A DNA stretch of 64,000 bases from Candidatus Bathyarchaeota archaeon (GCA_963833575.1 CAWHXY010000007.1:608001-672000); one strand, 5' to 3'; counted from the first letter of the stretch, positions 31,378 through 42,303 are shown. Made by a program: numbers and translations. Notes: generated from the letters alone by a model not told the origin.

Positions 31378-32013
31378 TTGGATTATACGTTTCTTTTAAA
31401 TTTCATTTTACAATTAGGTAAAGCAGTGATTGCTTTATTCATAATTGTTGATCCATTTGGAAACATTCCCATCTTTGTAGGCTTGACCGAGAATGTTCCT
31501 GAAGCACAAAGAAAAAAAATATACAACACCGCCGTAATAGTCGGGGTGATTCTATTGCTTGTTTTCGCTTTCACTGGTCAAGGAATTTTAACTCTTTTCG
31601 GGGTCTCGTTTCCCAGTTTTTATATCGCAGGGGGAATTTTGTTATTAATTGTTTCCATTAGAATTTTAATAACAGGTAGCATGCACGAGAATTTTGATTC
31701 TGTGGAGAGTTTAGGTGCAGTTCCCATAGCCATACCGCTTTTGGTAGGACCTGGCGCAATCACAACAACAATATTGGATCTTCAAATTTACGACATAACA
31801 ATAACTGTTTTAGCAGTTATATTGGTCTTAGCTTTAACATGGATTATTCTAAGGCATATCAATCAATTTTACAAATTATTGGGGAAAACTGGTTCTCTGG
31901 TTATAGCTAGAGTCATGGCACTACTTATTGCTGCGATTGCAGTTCAATATATCTTGACGGGGGTAACCCACTTTGGTAACTTGACGGGGGTAGCCCACTT
32001 AATAATTTTGTAA
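31378..32013 (+). CDS. marC: MarC family membrane protein
   Basis: IVDPFGNIP, AGGILLL, VPIAIPLLVGPGAI. Confidence 0.9.
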   Translation: MDYTFLLNFILQLGKAVIALFIIVDPFGNIPIFVGLTENVPEAQRKKIYNTAVIVGVILLLVFAFTGQGILTLFGVSFPSFYIAGGILLLIVSIRILITGSMHENFDSVESLGAVPIAIPLLVGPGAITTTILDLQIYDITITVLAVILVLALTWIILRHINQFYKLLGKTGSLVIARVMALLIAAIAVQYILTGVTHFGNLTGVAHLIIL

Positions 32014-32123
32014 AAAGAAACCTTTATCCACTTGAAGGTTTGATGTGACTGCAAATCAACAATCACAGAAAGTTATAGCGTTGTGGGCGGAATATCATAA
32101 TTATCTATTAGGAGAGTAGAAAA

Positions 32124-32360
32124 ATGGACGAAACGAGAAAATTTACGATGAATGAGTTAAGCAGTTATAATGGTAAAGGCGGAAAGCCTGCATATGTAGC
32201 CTTTAGGGGTAAGGTGTATGATGTGACAGAATCCAATATGTGGTTGGATGGTGACCACTTGGGCCATGTAGCTGGTGAAGATTTGACCATGGCGATGGAC
32301 ATTGCCCCACATGGTGAAGAAGTTTTAGAAAAGATGAAACTAGTCGGTATTTTAGGTTAA
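32124..32360 (+). CDS. cytochrome b5-like heme/steroid-binding domain protein
   Basis: FTMNELSSYNG..PAYVA..GKVYDVT..W..G.H..H.AG.DLT..APHG. Confidence 0.85.
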   Translation: MDETRKFTMNELSSYNGKGGKPAYVAFRGKVYDVTESNMWLDGDHLGHVAGEDLTMAMDIAPHGEEVLEKMKLVGILG

Positions 32361-32588
32361 GCAAGCGGCTTTTTTTCAAATCATTTTGGAAGATTTGAGC
32401 AGAAATCGAAAAACTGATCAGTAGTTTTTCGTTGTCCAAGGGTCTGGTTTAATTAAAAAGAGGCCAGCTTTTTTTGCTCCTCCAAATTTTTTCTTTGTTT
32501 TCCGCATAACCAATTTAAGCAAGTTTAATCATTGGGAAATACAGTTCAACTCGTTTTCTAAAATTCAGAACTCTAGTTTTTTGCTATT

Positions 32589-33272
32589 ATGTTCAAAAGT
32601 GAGAAAATGGAAAAAAGAAAAAATAATAAAATAATAATTTTTGCAGCCATTATAGTAGTCGCAATTTTACTTGTTGCAATTGTGGCTCTATACGTGCAAA
32701 ACACACCCAAAACGTTGTATCCAACAGAAATCCGCCAATATCAAGGCCAAAACCTCTCCTCAATAAACAGCGTTTACGAAAATGCAATTAAAGGAACACA
32801 ACACATTAACCAAACAACATATGAGTTAACGGTAACAGGGCTTGTGAACAAAACAATTCAGAGTAGTTACGACGAAGTGGTAAACAATCACCAATCGTAC
32901 CAGAAGGTTGTTACAATTTATTGTGTTGAAGGATGGAACGCAAAAATTCTTTGGGAAGGCATTCTCGTGAAAGATTTGTTGCAAGAAGCAGGAGTCAGCC
33001 AAAATGCATCAGTAGTTATTTTTCATGCTTCAGACGGATACACGACTGCGCTTCCAATGGACTACATAATTCAAAATAACATAATGATTGCTTACAAAAT
33101 GAACGGAGTAACTTTGACGCCGCAGATAGGGTGGCCTTTCATGCTTGTAGCCGAAAGCAAGTATGGGTACAAATGGATTAAATGGGTAACGGAAATTGAG
33201 GCTTCAAACAATACAAACTATCTGGGTTATTGGGAAAGCAGAGGTTATCCAAATAGCGCAACCTTACCATAA
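32589..33272 (+). CDS. molybdopterin-dependent oxidoreductase (sulfite oxidase/MsrP family), membrane-anchored
   Basis: CVEGW, WEGI, DGYTTALP, GWPFMLV..KYGYKWIKWV, GYWE.RGY. Confidence 0.88.
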   Translation: MFKSEKMEKRKNNKIIIFAAIIVVAILLVAIVALYVQNTPKTLYPTEIRQYQGQNLSSINSVYENAIKGTQHINQTTYELTVTGLVNKTIQSSYDEVVNNHQSYQKVVTIYCVEGWNAKILWEGILVKDLLQEAGVSQNASVVIFHASDGYTTALPMDYIIQNNIMIAYKMNGVTLTPQIGWPFMLVAESKYGYKWIKWVTEIEASNNTNYLGYWESRGYPNSATLP

Positions 33273-33331
33273 AAGAAACACAATTTCAAATAAACAATAA
33301 ATAAAACCCTACCGAATAGTAATTTCAAAAC

Positions 33332-33838
33332 GTGAACGCTATGAAGTCCGAATGCCGCGGTTGCAAAAAAACTTTCTCTGGTTCAGGCTTAACCGTAAAC
33401 ATAAACGGTAATGAACAGATGTATTGTGCAGATTGTTATTGGAAACTTCAAGCAGAATATAATAAGAAAAAAACATGTGAAGACTGCGGCTACTTTGATG
33501 AAGAATCCTGCGAGAAGAACAAAAAAACTTTGAAACCAGCAAAAATTGGATTCAACTCATATTTTGTTGAAGCAGAAAACTGTAGAGACTTTACAACAGA
33601 GAAAAAAGGAAGCCATAAACAGAAAGAAAAAGAATTAAGCCAAACGCAAAAAGAGACAGCTGCTCTGGTCAAAAAACTTTCGGAGAAAGGACAAACGTTA
33701 ACATACTATTGTTGCCACTGCGGAGCACCTATAAAAATTGGGTCAAAGGCACCTGAAATTCAAGACACTTGCGTTAGATGTAAAGGCGACCTTGAAATCG
33801 TAAACCTTGCAAAATTCATCAAACAACATCAGTCATAA
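33332..33838 (+). CDS. multi-Zn-finger hypothetical protein
   Basis: Several CxxC pairs. Confidence 0.7.
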   Translation: MNAMKSECRGCKKTFSGSGLTVNINGNEQMYCADCYWKLQAEYNKKKTCEDCGYFDEESCEKNKKTLKPAKIGFNSYFVEAENCRDFTTEKKGSHKQKEKELSQTQKETAALVKKLSEKGQTLTYYCCHCGAPIKIGSKAPEIQDTCVRCKGDLEIVNLAKFIKQHQS

Positions 33839-34347
33839 TTTAGGCTTGCCAGTAGGCGGGTTATTGTCAACACACCAGCCCAAATCAATGCCACAATAAA
33901 CAGAAGGTTCCTGAAAGTCAGCGAACAACTTTCGTGTAGAGCACCACCTTTCACACCTAATGACCCTGTTTTTGCAGTACAAATCCACGAACTAACAGCG
34001 TGCGATTAAAAATTCTCGCAACTAAATTCTAATAGGAGCGCTAACCCTAAGCTCTAACCCAGTCTTAATTGATGTCAAATTATCTCCGTTATGGTATTAC
34101 TTACGATAACCTATACAAAACATATAGAAATTTTAGCATACGACTCAATATTTCAAATTCATAAGAAACTTATGAACTATTGGCTTAAGCATCGAATCGA
34201 AGCTTACTACAGCGCGCTGCCTTGTCCCGATATTATGTTTTGAAGTATGTCGGTGATACGCTAAGTAAAAAAGATGTGTAACCTAACTCATTTAAATCTC
34301 AAAGTAGTCAATTGTGGTTAGATGCCAAGAAGTAGAGTGATTATTCG

Positions 34348-34806
34348 ATGAAAAAAATTATCACTGCAGTTATTTTAGTCATTTTGGCCTTAACGATTGC
34401 AACAAGCATTTACATTTGGGGATCCGCGAACATTCTACCTCATCCTGTAGCTACTCCAGCGCCAGGTGGGTATACGCTGATAAATGGAAATATTACCGTT
34501 AGCTATGAATATTTTATCCAATTTACTGTTCCCTCGGGTGCTTTTGACGTAAACGTATCAGGTAATTTCTCGGTTATCGGTGAAGGCACAATTAGAGTTA
34601 TTGTTGTCAATTCAACCGATTTTGTAAGCGGATTTGGATTGCCTACCAATTACGACAGCGAACAGCAAAGTGCTGGATACATTAATGTAACGCTTGCTCC
34701 AGGTGCAACCTATTATCTTGTTTACGCTAATATTGTTCAATGGGGTTATTCTCAACCGGCCAAAATTGTGGATACAGATGTTGACTTTAGCTTTTGGCAA
34801 ACTTGA
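34348..34806 (+). CDS. membrane-anchored hypothetical protein (beta-rich)
   Basis: N-terminal hydrophobic helix followed by beta-strand pattern. Confidence 0.65.
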   Translation: MKKIITAVILVILALTIATSIYIWGSANILPHPVATPAPGGYTLINGNITVSYEYFIQFTVPSGAFDVNVSGNFSVIGEGTIRVIVVNSTDFVSGFGLPTNYDSEQQSAGYINVTLAPGATYYLVYANIVQWGYSQPAKIVDTDVDFSFWQT

Positions 34807-35014
34807 TAAATCGCTTGTTTGACCTTCACACGTTCCTTGGCACGCTTTCTGCACAATGGATTAAAATGAGGAAAGAAACCACAAAAATTACTATGTCCAA
34901 AGGCTAAATTAGTTAATGCTAATTAGTCACCTTATGAATTACACTTTTTCTCGTCTAAACCTGAGCTGGATTTGGTGCGCAATATTTATGTGTCTAACTT
35001 AACCTAGTTTCTTA

Positions 35015-36222
35015 GTGAATTTTTTGGAAAACGAAAATCAAAAGACCAGCAGTGTTTCTGTCAGTAAGTCTGCTTTGACCGTATTGTTCATGGTTGTTTT
35101 TCTCGATAACTTGGGCTTTGCCATTGTAGTACCCTACTTGTACTTTTACGTGGTTTCTTTAGGAGGTTCAGCTTTCTTGTATGGGGTGCTTCTGGCTTCG
35201 TACAGTGTTATGTCTTTTGTTTTCACACCGATTGTTGCAAGGTTCAGTGACCGTTTCGGAAGAAGAAAAATTCTCCTCATTGCGCTGGCTGTGTCAAGTT
35301 TTAGTTATTTCCTCTTCGGCTCAGCACAGGCGATTTGGCTTCTATTCTCAGGCAGGATGATCTCGGGAACTACAGCTGCTACTGTTCCAGTTGCTCAGGC
35401 TTACGTGGCAGATGTTACCACACCTGACCAGAGACTTAGGTATCTGGGTTTGCTAGGCGCCGCTGCAGGCATTGCATTCATTTTAGGTCCCGCTATTGGG
35501 GGAACACTCAGTAACCTGTTTGGCTACGGTGTACCATCTTTTCTGGCTTCAGCGTTGGCTTTTACAAATTTAGTTTTAGCCTATTTCAGGTTGCCTGAAC
35601 CGTCAAGTTTTAACATAAAAAGAACCGTGCTGCCTTTGAAGGCATTACTGGCTGTTCTTCGGAAACGAAAAATAGTGTTACTTTTAGGTATTTACTTTCT
35701 GTTTTTTGCAGCCTTTGTTTTTCTTCAAGCGGCTCTTTCGCCTTGGCTGAAGGTGGTTTTTGGTTTTGGCGCATTCCAAACGGGATTGGTTTTCTTTTTT
35801 GTAGGGGGCGTCAGTGTGTTTACGCAAGCTGTTTTATTGCCGATTCTAAACAAAAAAGTAAGTCGTCTAACTCTGACATTGCTTAGCATTGGAGTTTTGT
35901 CTTTTGGGCTTGTGGCTTTGGCTTTGGTTCAAAACTTGGAATTTCTTTTCTTAGTCGCTTCTTTGATTTCTTTTGGTTTTGGAGTGCAGATTGTTACACT
36001 CAATACATTGATTTCACTCAATACGCCTAAGAGGCTCAAGGCGGAAGTTTAGGGGTTGCTTGGGCAATTGCTGGGCTTGCTCAAACGATTTCACCTGTTT
36101 TTGCAGCGAGCTTCTTTTCTTTTGGCGTTGCATCGGGTTTTGATGGATTGGTGTTTATTGTTGCAGTAGCTATCTCGGTTGCAACTGTGCCGTTGTTTTT
36201 AGTTCTTAAAAGAACTTCCTAA
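35015..36222 (+). pseudogene. TetA-like MFS transporter with 1-bp frameshift near 36030
   Basis: FSDRFGRRK, GPAIGG; shifted frame continues EAQGGSLGVAWAIAGLAQTISP... to TAA at 36222, supplying the last TMs. Confidence 0.8.
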
Positions 36223-36278
36223 TCAGAGACTGCACCAATTATGTCAGATGCGCTTAGATTAAACTAAAATCCTGAATA

Positions 36279-37217
36279 CTACAGCAAAACAGTTTCTTTG
36301 CTTTCAATTAGCTGCTTTACTGTAACTAGCTTGATTTCAATTTTGTTCATTCTTGCTCTACTAGCGGCAGTCTGTGCTTCAGTATCAAAACCAAAAGCTA
36401 CGACAATGCCGTTTCGAGCTCTTATTTGAATAATGGCATTCATGAAATTTTGCACTTGTAACTTGCTTATGTTGTCTGACTGCTTAATCATGATGGGCTC
36501 GTTAGAGCCTGTAAATCCGTCAATACCTTTTCTAGAATCTAAAGCCGAACTTGCATGTCCTCCAAGCCTTTTCAATATCCAATTTTGGTATTCAGTGGAT
36601 GTGAAACGTCTTACTTTTTGCTCTGAAAATCTCATCTTCTTAAACATCATGAATCCAGTAACTGAAAGTACTGCAATTAGTGCGATGCTTATTATTGCAA
36701 TTATGATGGTTGAATTATTGGCTCCTCCGGTTGAGTTGCTACTTCCTGGTGCGGTTCCATTTGGATTTGTAGTTTGTGTTCCACTTTCTGTCGGGCCCGT
36801 TATGAATTCCGGAGCAAACGACATTAAACAGCTGTAGTAAGGCTGAAAAGGTATATCATCAAAGGTGATTGTTATTGTGGTTGTTCCTTGAGCAGGGATA
36901 GTGGTTCTGCTAGATGAGAGTTTTTCAGTGAAGGTATCGTTGGTAGTTACTGTTGCTGTGGCAATGCCATAAATGTCCTCATACTCGTTGTTTTTAAAAG
37001 TTCCAGTAACGATTGTAGTATTAGTTCCACCGGTTTGGACGCTTACAAGAGTTACAGAAGGCGCTATTTGCGCGGAAGCAAGAAATTGATTAAATGTGCT
37101 GGATCTCTGACTAGCGTTAATCTCCCATGGACTTTGCATATTTGTTGATGCGCAGTTTAAGGTTAAAAGAACAATGACCGAAATTAACAAAAAAATTACA
37201 GCTTTGATTTTCTTCAA
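36279..37217 (-). CDS. single-pass membrane protein with extracellular domain and cytoplasmic Mrr-like endonuclease-fold domain
   Basis: Signal peptide, Ser/Thr linker, TM, then KGIDG..PIMIKQ..VQNF..GIVVAFGF..IKLVTVKQL. Confidence 0.7.
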   Translation of the reverse strand: MKKIKAVIFLLISVIVLLTLNCASTNMQSPWEINASQRSSTFNQFLASAQIAPSVTLVSVQTGGTNTTIVTGTFKNNEYEDIYGIATATVTTNDTFTEKLSSSRTTIPAQGTTTITITFDDIPFQPYYSCLMSFAPEFITGPTESGTQTTNPNGTAPGSSNSTGGANNSTIIIAIISIALIAVLSVTGFMMFKKMRFSEQKVRRFTSTEYQNWILKRLGGHASSALDSRKGIDGFTGSNEPIMIKQSDNISKLQVQNFMNAIIQIRARNGIVVAFGFDTEAQTAASRARMNKIEIKLVTVKQLIESKETVLL

Positions 37218-37693
37218 TTTTTTTTACGACCTATAGTTTTCTTATTAACGGACAAACAATTTTTGGCTGGTTCTTCAAACTGAAGCGCACCTGAAACTTC
37301 AAGGGCTAACTACCACCGTTCTCTATGATTCTCTTTGTTATTAAAAACTTTGTACAAAACATTGAGAGAAAAATTTAGCCCAGCTAGACTTGGGTTCTTC
37401 TTGCCCCAAAATTCTTGAACTATGATAAGAACAAATAACGAGTTTCTTTGAGAGTTAACAGTTTTGTTATTTAAGATTGTTACCTTTGTCCTCTTCAGTT
37501 GTTTCCATTGATATTTTTCAGATGTGGAATTCTTCCAAAATCAAATACAGTTTTTATGTTGAAGTCTATTGATTGAAAATTCATGTATTAACATAATCTT
37601 GGAACTGAATAAAGAATCTATTGCTCTTTATTTTGAATTCATAATATCTTTATAACAAATTCATTAAAAGCTTGTCGATCTGAGAAAATACTA

Positions 37694-40318
37694 ATGCAAA
37701 GCAGAAATCAAACTCAGCAAATTACTATTGGTTTAACAGATGTAACTCCTTCTGGTAAAGCTTCTCTTATTCATATTTTACACGTTGACGATGACGTTTC
37801 TATTCTGGAGATTACAAAACAGATTTTAATTGACATAGGTAATTTCGAAATTGACCATTCATGTTGTGTTGATGACGCACAAAAGAAACTAAAAGCTCAC
37901 AACTATGATGTTATTGTTTCTGATTATGATATGCCCCAAAAAAACGGGCTGGAATTCTTGAAAGAGCTAAGGGATGCAAAGAATGAAATTCCTTTTATCT
38001 TATTTACTGGAAAAGGAAGAGAAGAAGTAGCAATAAAAGCTCTAAACCTTGGTTCAGATGCTTATATAAACAAAGCAGGTGACCCGGAAACGGTTTACTG
38101 CGAGTTGTCACATGCTCTTCATAGAACTATAGAACGCAAGCGATCAAAGAAATTACTAGCTGATTCTGAACAAAAATACCGCAGGCTTATAGAAGATATG
38201 TCTCAAGGAGTAATTATTGTTGAAGGACCTAAGCCCCGTATCGTATTTGCAAACTCTGCAATGGAAAGAATGACAGGGTTTTCTAGTCAAGAACTATTCT
38301 TTTTTTCACCAACAGAAATTGCAGGATTAATCCATCCTGATGATAGAGCGGATTTCGTAAATCGGTTGGACCAGCGATTAGCAGGAGAAAAACAAGAATC
38401 AGCCTATGAATTTAAAGGAATAAGAAAAGATGGCTCAATGACTTGGCAGGAAGTTTGCAGTAGCCTCATTGAATACAATGGTCAGCGAGTTGTACAAGGC
38501 GTCTTTCTAGATATTACTCAGCGCAAAAACGCCGAAATGAAACTGATTGACAGCGAAGCAAAATATCGCAGCATCTTTGATAACGCCGAAGCAGGAATGT
38601 TTAGGACGAAGTTAGATGGATCGGCGATTCTTGATTGCAACGAGAAGTTTCTCAAGATTTTTAATCGTACTCGAGATGAAGTGCAAGGTAACCCCTCAAT
38701 AATGCATTGGGCAGACCCTTTTCAGCGGCAAGAAATGCTTCGTTTGCTTCAAAATAATGGTTTTGTAAGCGGTTTTGAGTGTAAGTTGTTAAACAAGCAG
38801 GGTGAGGTTAGAACTTGCATCGGATCGATTAAGGTTTGTCCGGAACAGGAAATTTTGGAAGGATCAGTAATAGATATCACTGACCGAAAAAGGGCTGAAG
38901 AAGACTTGAAGGAAAGTGAGGAACGTTATCATAGCTTATCTTCAGCAACGTTTGAAGGAATCGGAATTAGTAGAGAAGGCAAAATCTTAGATGCCAATAA
39001 TCAATTTGCGAAGATGCTCGGATATGAGGCGAATGAAATTATAGGCGCAAACGTCTCCGACATTGTTGCTCCAGAATCGCTAGATCTTGTGGTAGCAAAT
39101 ATCAAGAAAGCGTTTGAAGGCCCTTACGAGCATTTAGCGAAGAGGCAGGATGGTTCAATCTTTCCAGTTGAAGTAAGAGCCACGGTCATTAACTACAAAG
39201 GGCATTCGGCGAGAGTAAGCGCAATCCGCGATATAACGGATAGAAAAGAAGCTGGAAAAGAACTCGAAAACAACAAGATATACTTTGAAACACAGCTAAA
39301 TTCAGTTCTTTCAGGAATTATTGTTGTGGACAGTGAAAGCCACGAAATAATAGATGCAAACCCCGCAGCATTAAGGTTAATCGGTGCAGTCAAAGAAGAA
39401 GTTGTCGGTAAGGTTTGCCACAAATTCATTTGCCCGGCTGAAATTGGTAAGTGCCCAATAACGGACTTAGGACAAACTATTGACAAAGCAGAAAGAGTAA
39501 TAATTACCGTGGATGGCCGACGCCCAGTAATTAAAAGCGTTGTAAAAACAAAACACAATGGAAAAACTTTGCTTGTAGAAAACTTTGTTGACATATCAAC
39601 TTTAAAGAAAATTGAAGAGAACTTAAAACAAAATCAGAAACGCCTAGAAATGATGAATGAAAAACTCAGGTTTGTCGGCGAGTTAACTAGACATGATGTT
39701 CGAAATAAACTCAGCGCAATAACCGCATACTCATATATAATAAGGAAAAAACATGCAGACCAAGCAGATATAGCCATTGACCTTGACAAGATGGGTCAAT
39801 CAATTAAGCAGATTGAGCGAATCTTTGACTTTGCCAAGGTCTACGAACATTTAGGTGTCGAAAAACTAGAATTTGTAAACGTGGGAAGCATACTGGATGA
39901 CGCTAAAGCTCTTTTTTCCGGTTCGCTTCCAATAATTGTTAACGATTGTTATTCTCTTAACGTTGCTGCAGATTCTTTTCTGCGACAAATGTTCTACAAT
40001 TTCATTGACAACACGCTTAAACATGGAAAAAACGCAACAACAATAAAAGTGCATTTTCAAGAGATTGATAACCAACTGAAATTGTTCTACGAAGATGACG
40101 GCCCTGGAATATCCGTTAATAATAAAACAAAGCTCTTCAAGGAGGGCTTTAGCACCGGAGGCAGCACAGGATTTGGCTTGTTCTTATCAAAGAAAATGAT
40201 TGAAGTTTATGGGTGGGAAATTGAAGAAAGTGGCGAACCAGGCAAAGGTGTTAAATTCGTAATAACCATTCCAAAGATGAAAAACAACGGCGAAGTAAAT
40301 TACAAAATTCAATATTGA
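37694..40318 (+). CDS. hybrid sensor: receiver domain + 4 PAS + histidine kinase
   Basis: HVDDD..SDYDMP..FTGKG; DIT.RK PAS ends; RHDVRN H-box, N-box, DDGPG, GFGL. Confidence 0.92.
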   Translation: MQSRNQTQQITIGLTDVTPSGKASLIHILHVDDDVSILEITKQILIDIGNFEIDHSCCVDDAQKKLKAHNYDVIVSDYDMPQKNGLEFLKELRDAKNEIPFILFTGKGREEVAIKALNLGSDAYINKAGDPETVYCELSHALHRTIERKRSKKLLADSEQKYRRLIEDMSQGVIIVEGPKPRIVFANSAMERMTGFSSQELFFFSPTEIAGLIHPDDRADFVNRLDQRLAGEKQESAYEFKGIRKDGSMTWQEVCSSLIEYNGQRVVQGVFLDITQRKNAEMKLIDSEAKYRSIFDNAEAGMFRTKLDGSAILDCNEKFLKIFNRTRDEVQGNPSIMHWADPFQRQEMLRLLQNNGFVSGFECKLLNKQGEVRTCIGSIKVCPEQEILEGSVIDITDRKRAEEDLKESEERYHSLSSATFEGIGISREGKILDANNQFAKMLGYEANEIIGANVSDIVAPESLDLVVANIKKAFEGPYEHLAKRQDGSIFPVEVRATVINYKGHSARVSAIRDITDRKEAGKELENNKIYFETQLNSVLSGIIVVDSESHEIIDANPAALRLIGAVKEEVVGKVCHKFICPAEIGKCPITDLGQTIDKAERVIITVDGRRPVIKSVVKTKHNGKTLLVENFVDISTLKKIEENLKQNQKRLEMMNEKLRFVGELTRHDVRNKLSAITAYSYIIRKKHADQADIAIDLDKMGQSIKQIERIFDFAKVYEHLGVEKLEFVNVGSILDDAKALFSGSLPIIVNDCYSLNVAADSFLRQMFYNFIDNTLKHGKNATTIKVHFQEIDNQLKLFYEDDGPGISVNNKTKLFKEGFSTGGSTGFGLFLSKKMIEVYGWEIEESGEPGKGVKFVITIPKMKNNGEVNYKIQY

Positions 40319-40401
40319 TCTAATTTATTGTCTTTGAAAAGTCGCTGTTTTTTTAATTTAGTTTTTTAAAAGTATTTTCTTCGATTATAAAATTACGGCC
40401 A

Positions 40402-41244
40402 TTAAGTTTGACATTTAGGGCAAACGAATACTTTGCCTTCTCCAAGACTCAACTCTTGTATAGGCGAGTCGCAAACTGGACAGTTCTTCTTTCTCAGGTT
40501 CGGACCCATTTTTGTTACATATTGGCCTTTATTCTGATATAAGTCTAAGAACTGAGTTTTCCCGTTCAACCTAAGTCTTTCTCGAATTACAAGATTGACC
40601 GAGTCGAAAAGGGCTTTCCTCTCATTCAAATTCAAATCAGATGCCTTCCTATTTGGGTGAAGTTTCGCCCTGTATATTATATCTTGAAAAGCGCTGTTGC
40701 TCAGCCCTACCAAGACGGCGTCTTTCCCAACGAGCTCAGGTTTGAGCGCCCGGTTATTTTCTGATAGAAGCCTTGAAAAACGCTCGAAAGTGAAGTTCTC
40801 GTCAATAGGTGAGAAAACAGCATTGTTAAAATCTCGTTTGAAAACGTAAGAATCCATTAGTTCAGCATCCTTCAGCACCCTCATACCGCCCATATTGGTA
40901 AATCTAACCGTCAACGCGGTTTCGTCAGAAAAATCTATCTTTAAGTGAAACTTCTCTGGAACAGTCACTTCAGACAAGTGATAAAAAATCTCGCCGCCGT
41001 ATTCCGGGTTAAGAATCATATTCATCCTCTCATCAAGCTTCACAAGTATAGAGTTGCCCCTTGAAATGACAGATTCAACTTCTCTATTCACAATCTGATC
41101 AAAAGATTTGTTATCTCTGTTAATGAACCCAATTTTCTGCAATTTTTCGCAATCACGCAATCGATAACCCTTGATGCGTTTGCCCTTCAACTCTTTGTTC
41201 ATCTGATCCGCAAGAATCTTTGCTTCCGGAAGCTCAATACTCAT
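40402..41244 (-). CDS. Fpg/Nei-family DNA glycosylase-like protein
   Basis: ELPEA N-terminus, H2TH (GLSN..DIIYRAKLHP), C-terminal CPVC..CPKCQ zinc finger. Confidence 0.85.
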   Translation of the reverse strand: MSIELPEAKILADQMNKELKGKRIKGYRLRDCEKLQKIGFINRDNKSFDQIVNREVESVISRGNSILVKLDERMNMILNPEYGGEIFYHLSEVTVPEKFHLKIDFSDETALTVRFTNMGGMRVLKDAELMDSYVFKRDFNNAVFSPIDENFTFERFSRLLSENNRALKPELVGKDAVLVGLSNSAFQDIIYRAKLHPNRKASDLNLNERKALFDSVNLVIRERLRLNGKTQFLDLYQNKGQYVTKMGPNLRKKNCPVCDSPIQELSLGEGKVFVCPKCQT

Positions 41245-41417
41245 CTAAACCCTCCTAAGCACAAGTTCTTGTAACCAACCCACTGTTTAAAACATTTATG
41301 CATTGAACGACAAGCCTAAGCTCCACAAAAAATTTTCTAAAGGAATACTATTCTCTGCTCCATTTGCTTATCCGCTAGTAATTAGAAAATTAGAAACGAA
41401 ATAATATCGATGAAATT

Positions 41418-41543
41418 CTATCTGGATTTTTGTCTTTCCAGTCTGGCGGACTTCTTATCCTTGCGTTTAGCATCTCTATCTTTCTTCTTCTGAGGCTGAG
41501 GTTTTCCTCGATCTTGTTCTCCAGTTTCTCCTCTTTTTGACAT
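41418..41543 (-). CDS. 41-aa highly basic small protein (below ORF-track cutoff)
   Basis: MSKRGETGEQDRGKPQPQKKKDRDAKRKDKKSARLERQKSR; AAGGAGAA SD just upstream of ATG. Confidence 0.55.
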   Translation of the reverse strand: MSKRGETGEQDRGKPQPQKKKDRDAKRKDKKSARLERQKSR

Positions 41544-41652
41544 TTAAGTTCTCCTTCTTACAAAAGAAATGAGCTAGTCTCATTCTTGAACCTATCTTTC
41601 TTTCTTGCTATGCTTTGTGATTTTATTATTTTTAACCTCAAGAAATCTACCG

Positions 41653-42303
41653 TTACAAGTTTTGAAGGTATTTGATTAGCCGTTGCAAGTCTCCGGTTTT
41701 TTTCATCTGCTCTTTTTGAAGCATTTCTATTATGTTAAATTTGATGTAGAGTCCGCCAGGAGGATACAGCTGACGGGCGACTATGGTAAAGACTTTACAG
41801 TTTTCTTTTCCTATGACTTCTTCTTTAAATCGCCATTTATAGGGCGTTTTTGGTGGGAGTAACGTTTCAGAAAGAACGATAACTGCAAAATTCCTCACAT
41901 TTGCAGTTGCTTCAAGCTCATTAAATTTAGCTCGCAACACCTTATTTTGGTCTTCTCGCTTTCCGTTTTCCAAAGTCCTTCCGCTGACAGCATTGTTCTT
42001 AATCTCTATGACCATCTTCACATTGTTAGACGGGTAGGTTTTTTGGTTTGGGTCTACACCATTCTTTAAGAGAAGCAGATCATTTTTGATTTTAGATCCT
42101 TGGATTGTGACGTTTGGAATCGTTGAAAGATTAAGATTTCTTTTCATTAAGTGATTTCGGATGACTATTTCCGTTGAATTTCCAGATTTCTCGCGAGCTG
42201 TTTTATCGTTTTTTTGTTTCTGAAATTCTTCGCTAACCTCAATTAGCATTGTGTATTCTTCATCGCAAGCAGTTAGTATTGGTTTTTTGGAATAATTTGG
42301 CAT
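41653..42303 (-). CDS. putative PD-(D/E)xK nuclease, restriction-endonuclease-like
   Basis: SGNSTE..., NDLLLL.., VIEIKN arrangement. Confidence 0.55.
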   Translation of the reverse strand: MPNYSKKPILTACDEEYTMLIEVSEEFQKQKNDKTAREKSGNSTEIVIRNHLMKRNLNLSTIPNVTIQGSKIKNDLLLLKNGVDPNQKTYPSNNVKMVIEIKNNAVSGRTLENGKREDQNKVLRAKFNELEATANVRNFAVIVLSETLLPPKTPYKWRFKEEVIGKENCKVFTIVARQLYPPGGLYIKFNIIEMLQKEQMKKTGDLQRLIKYLQNL

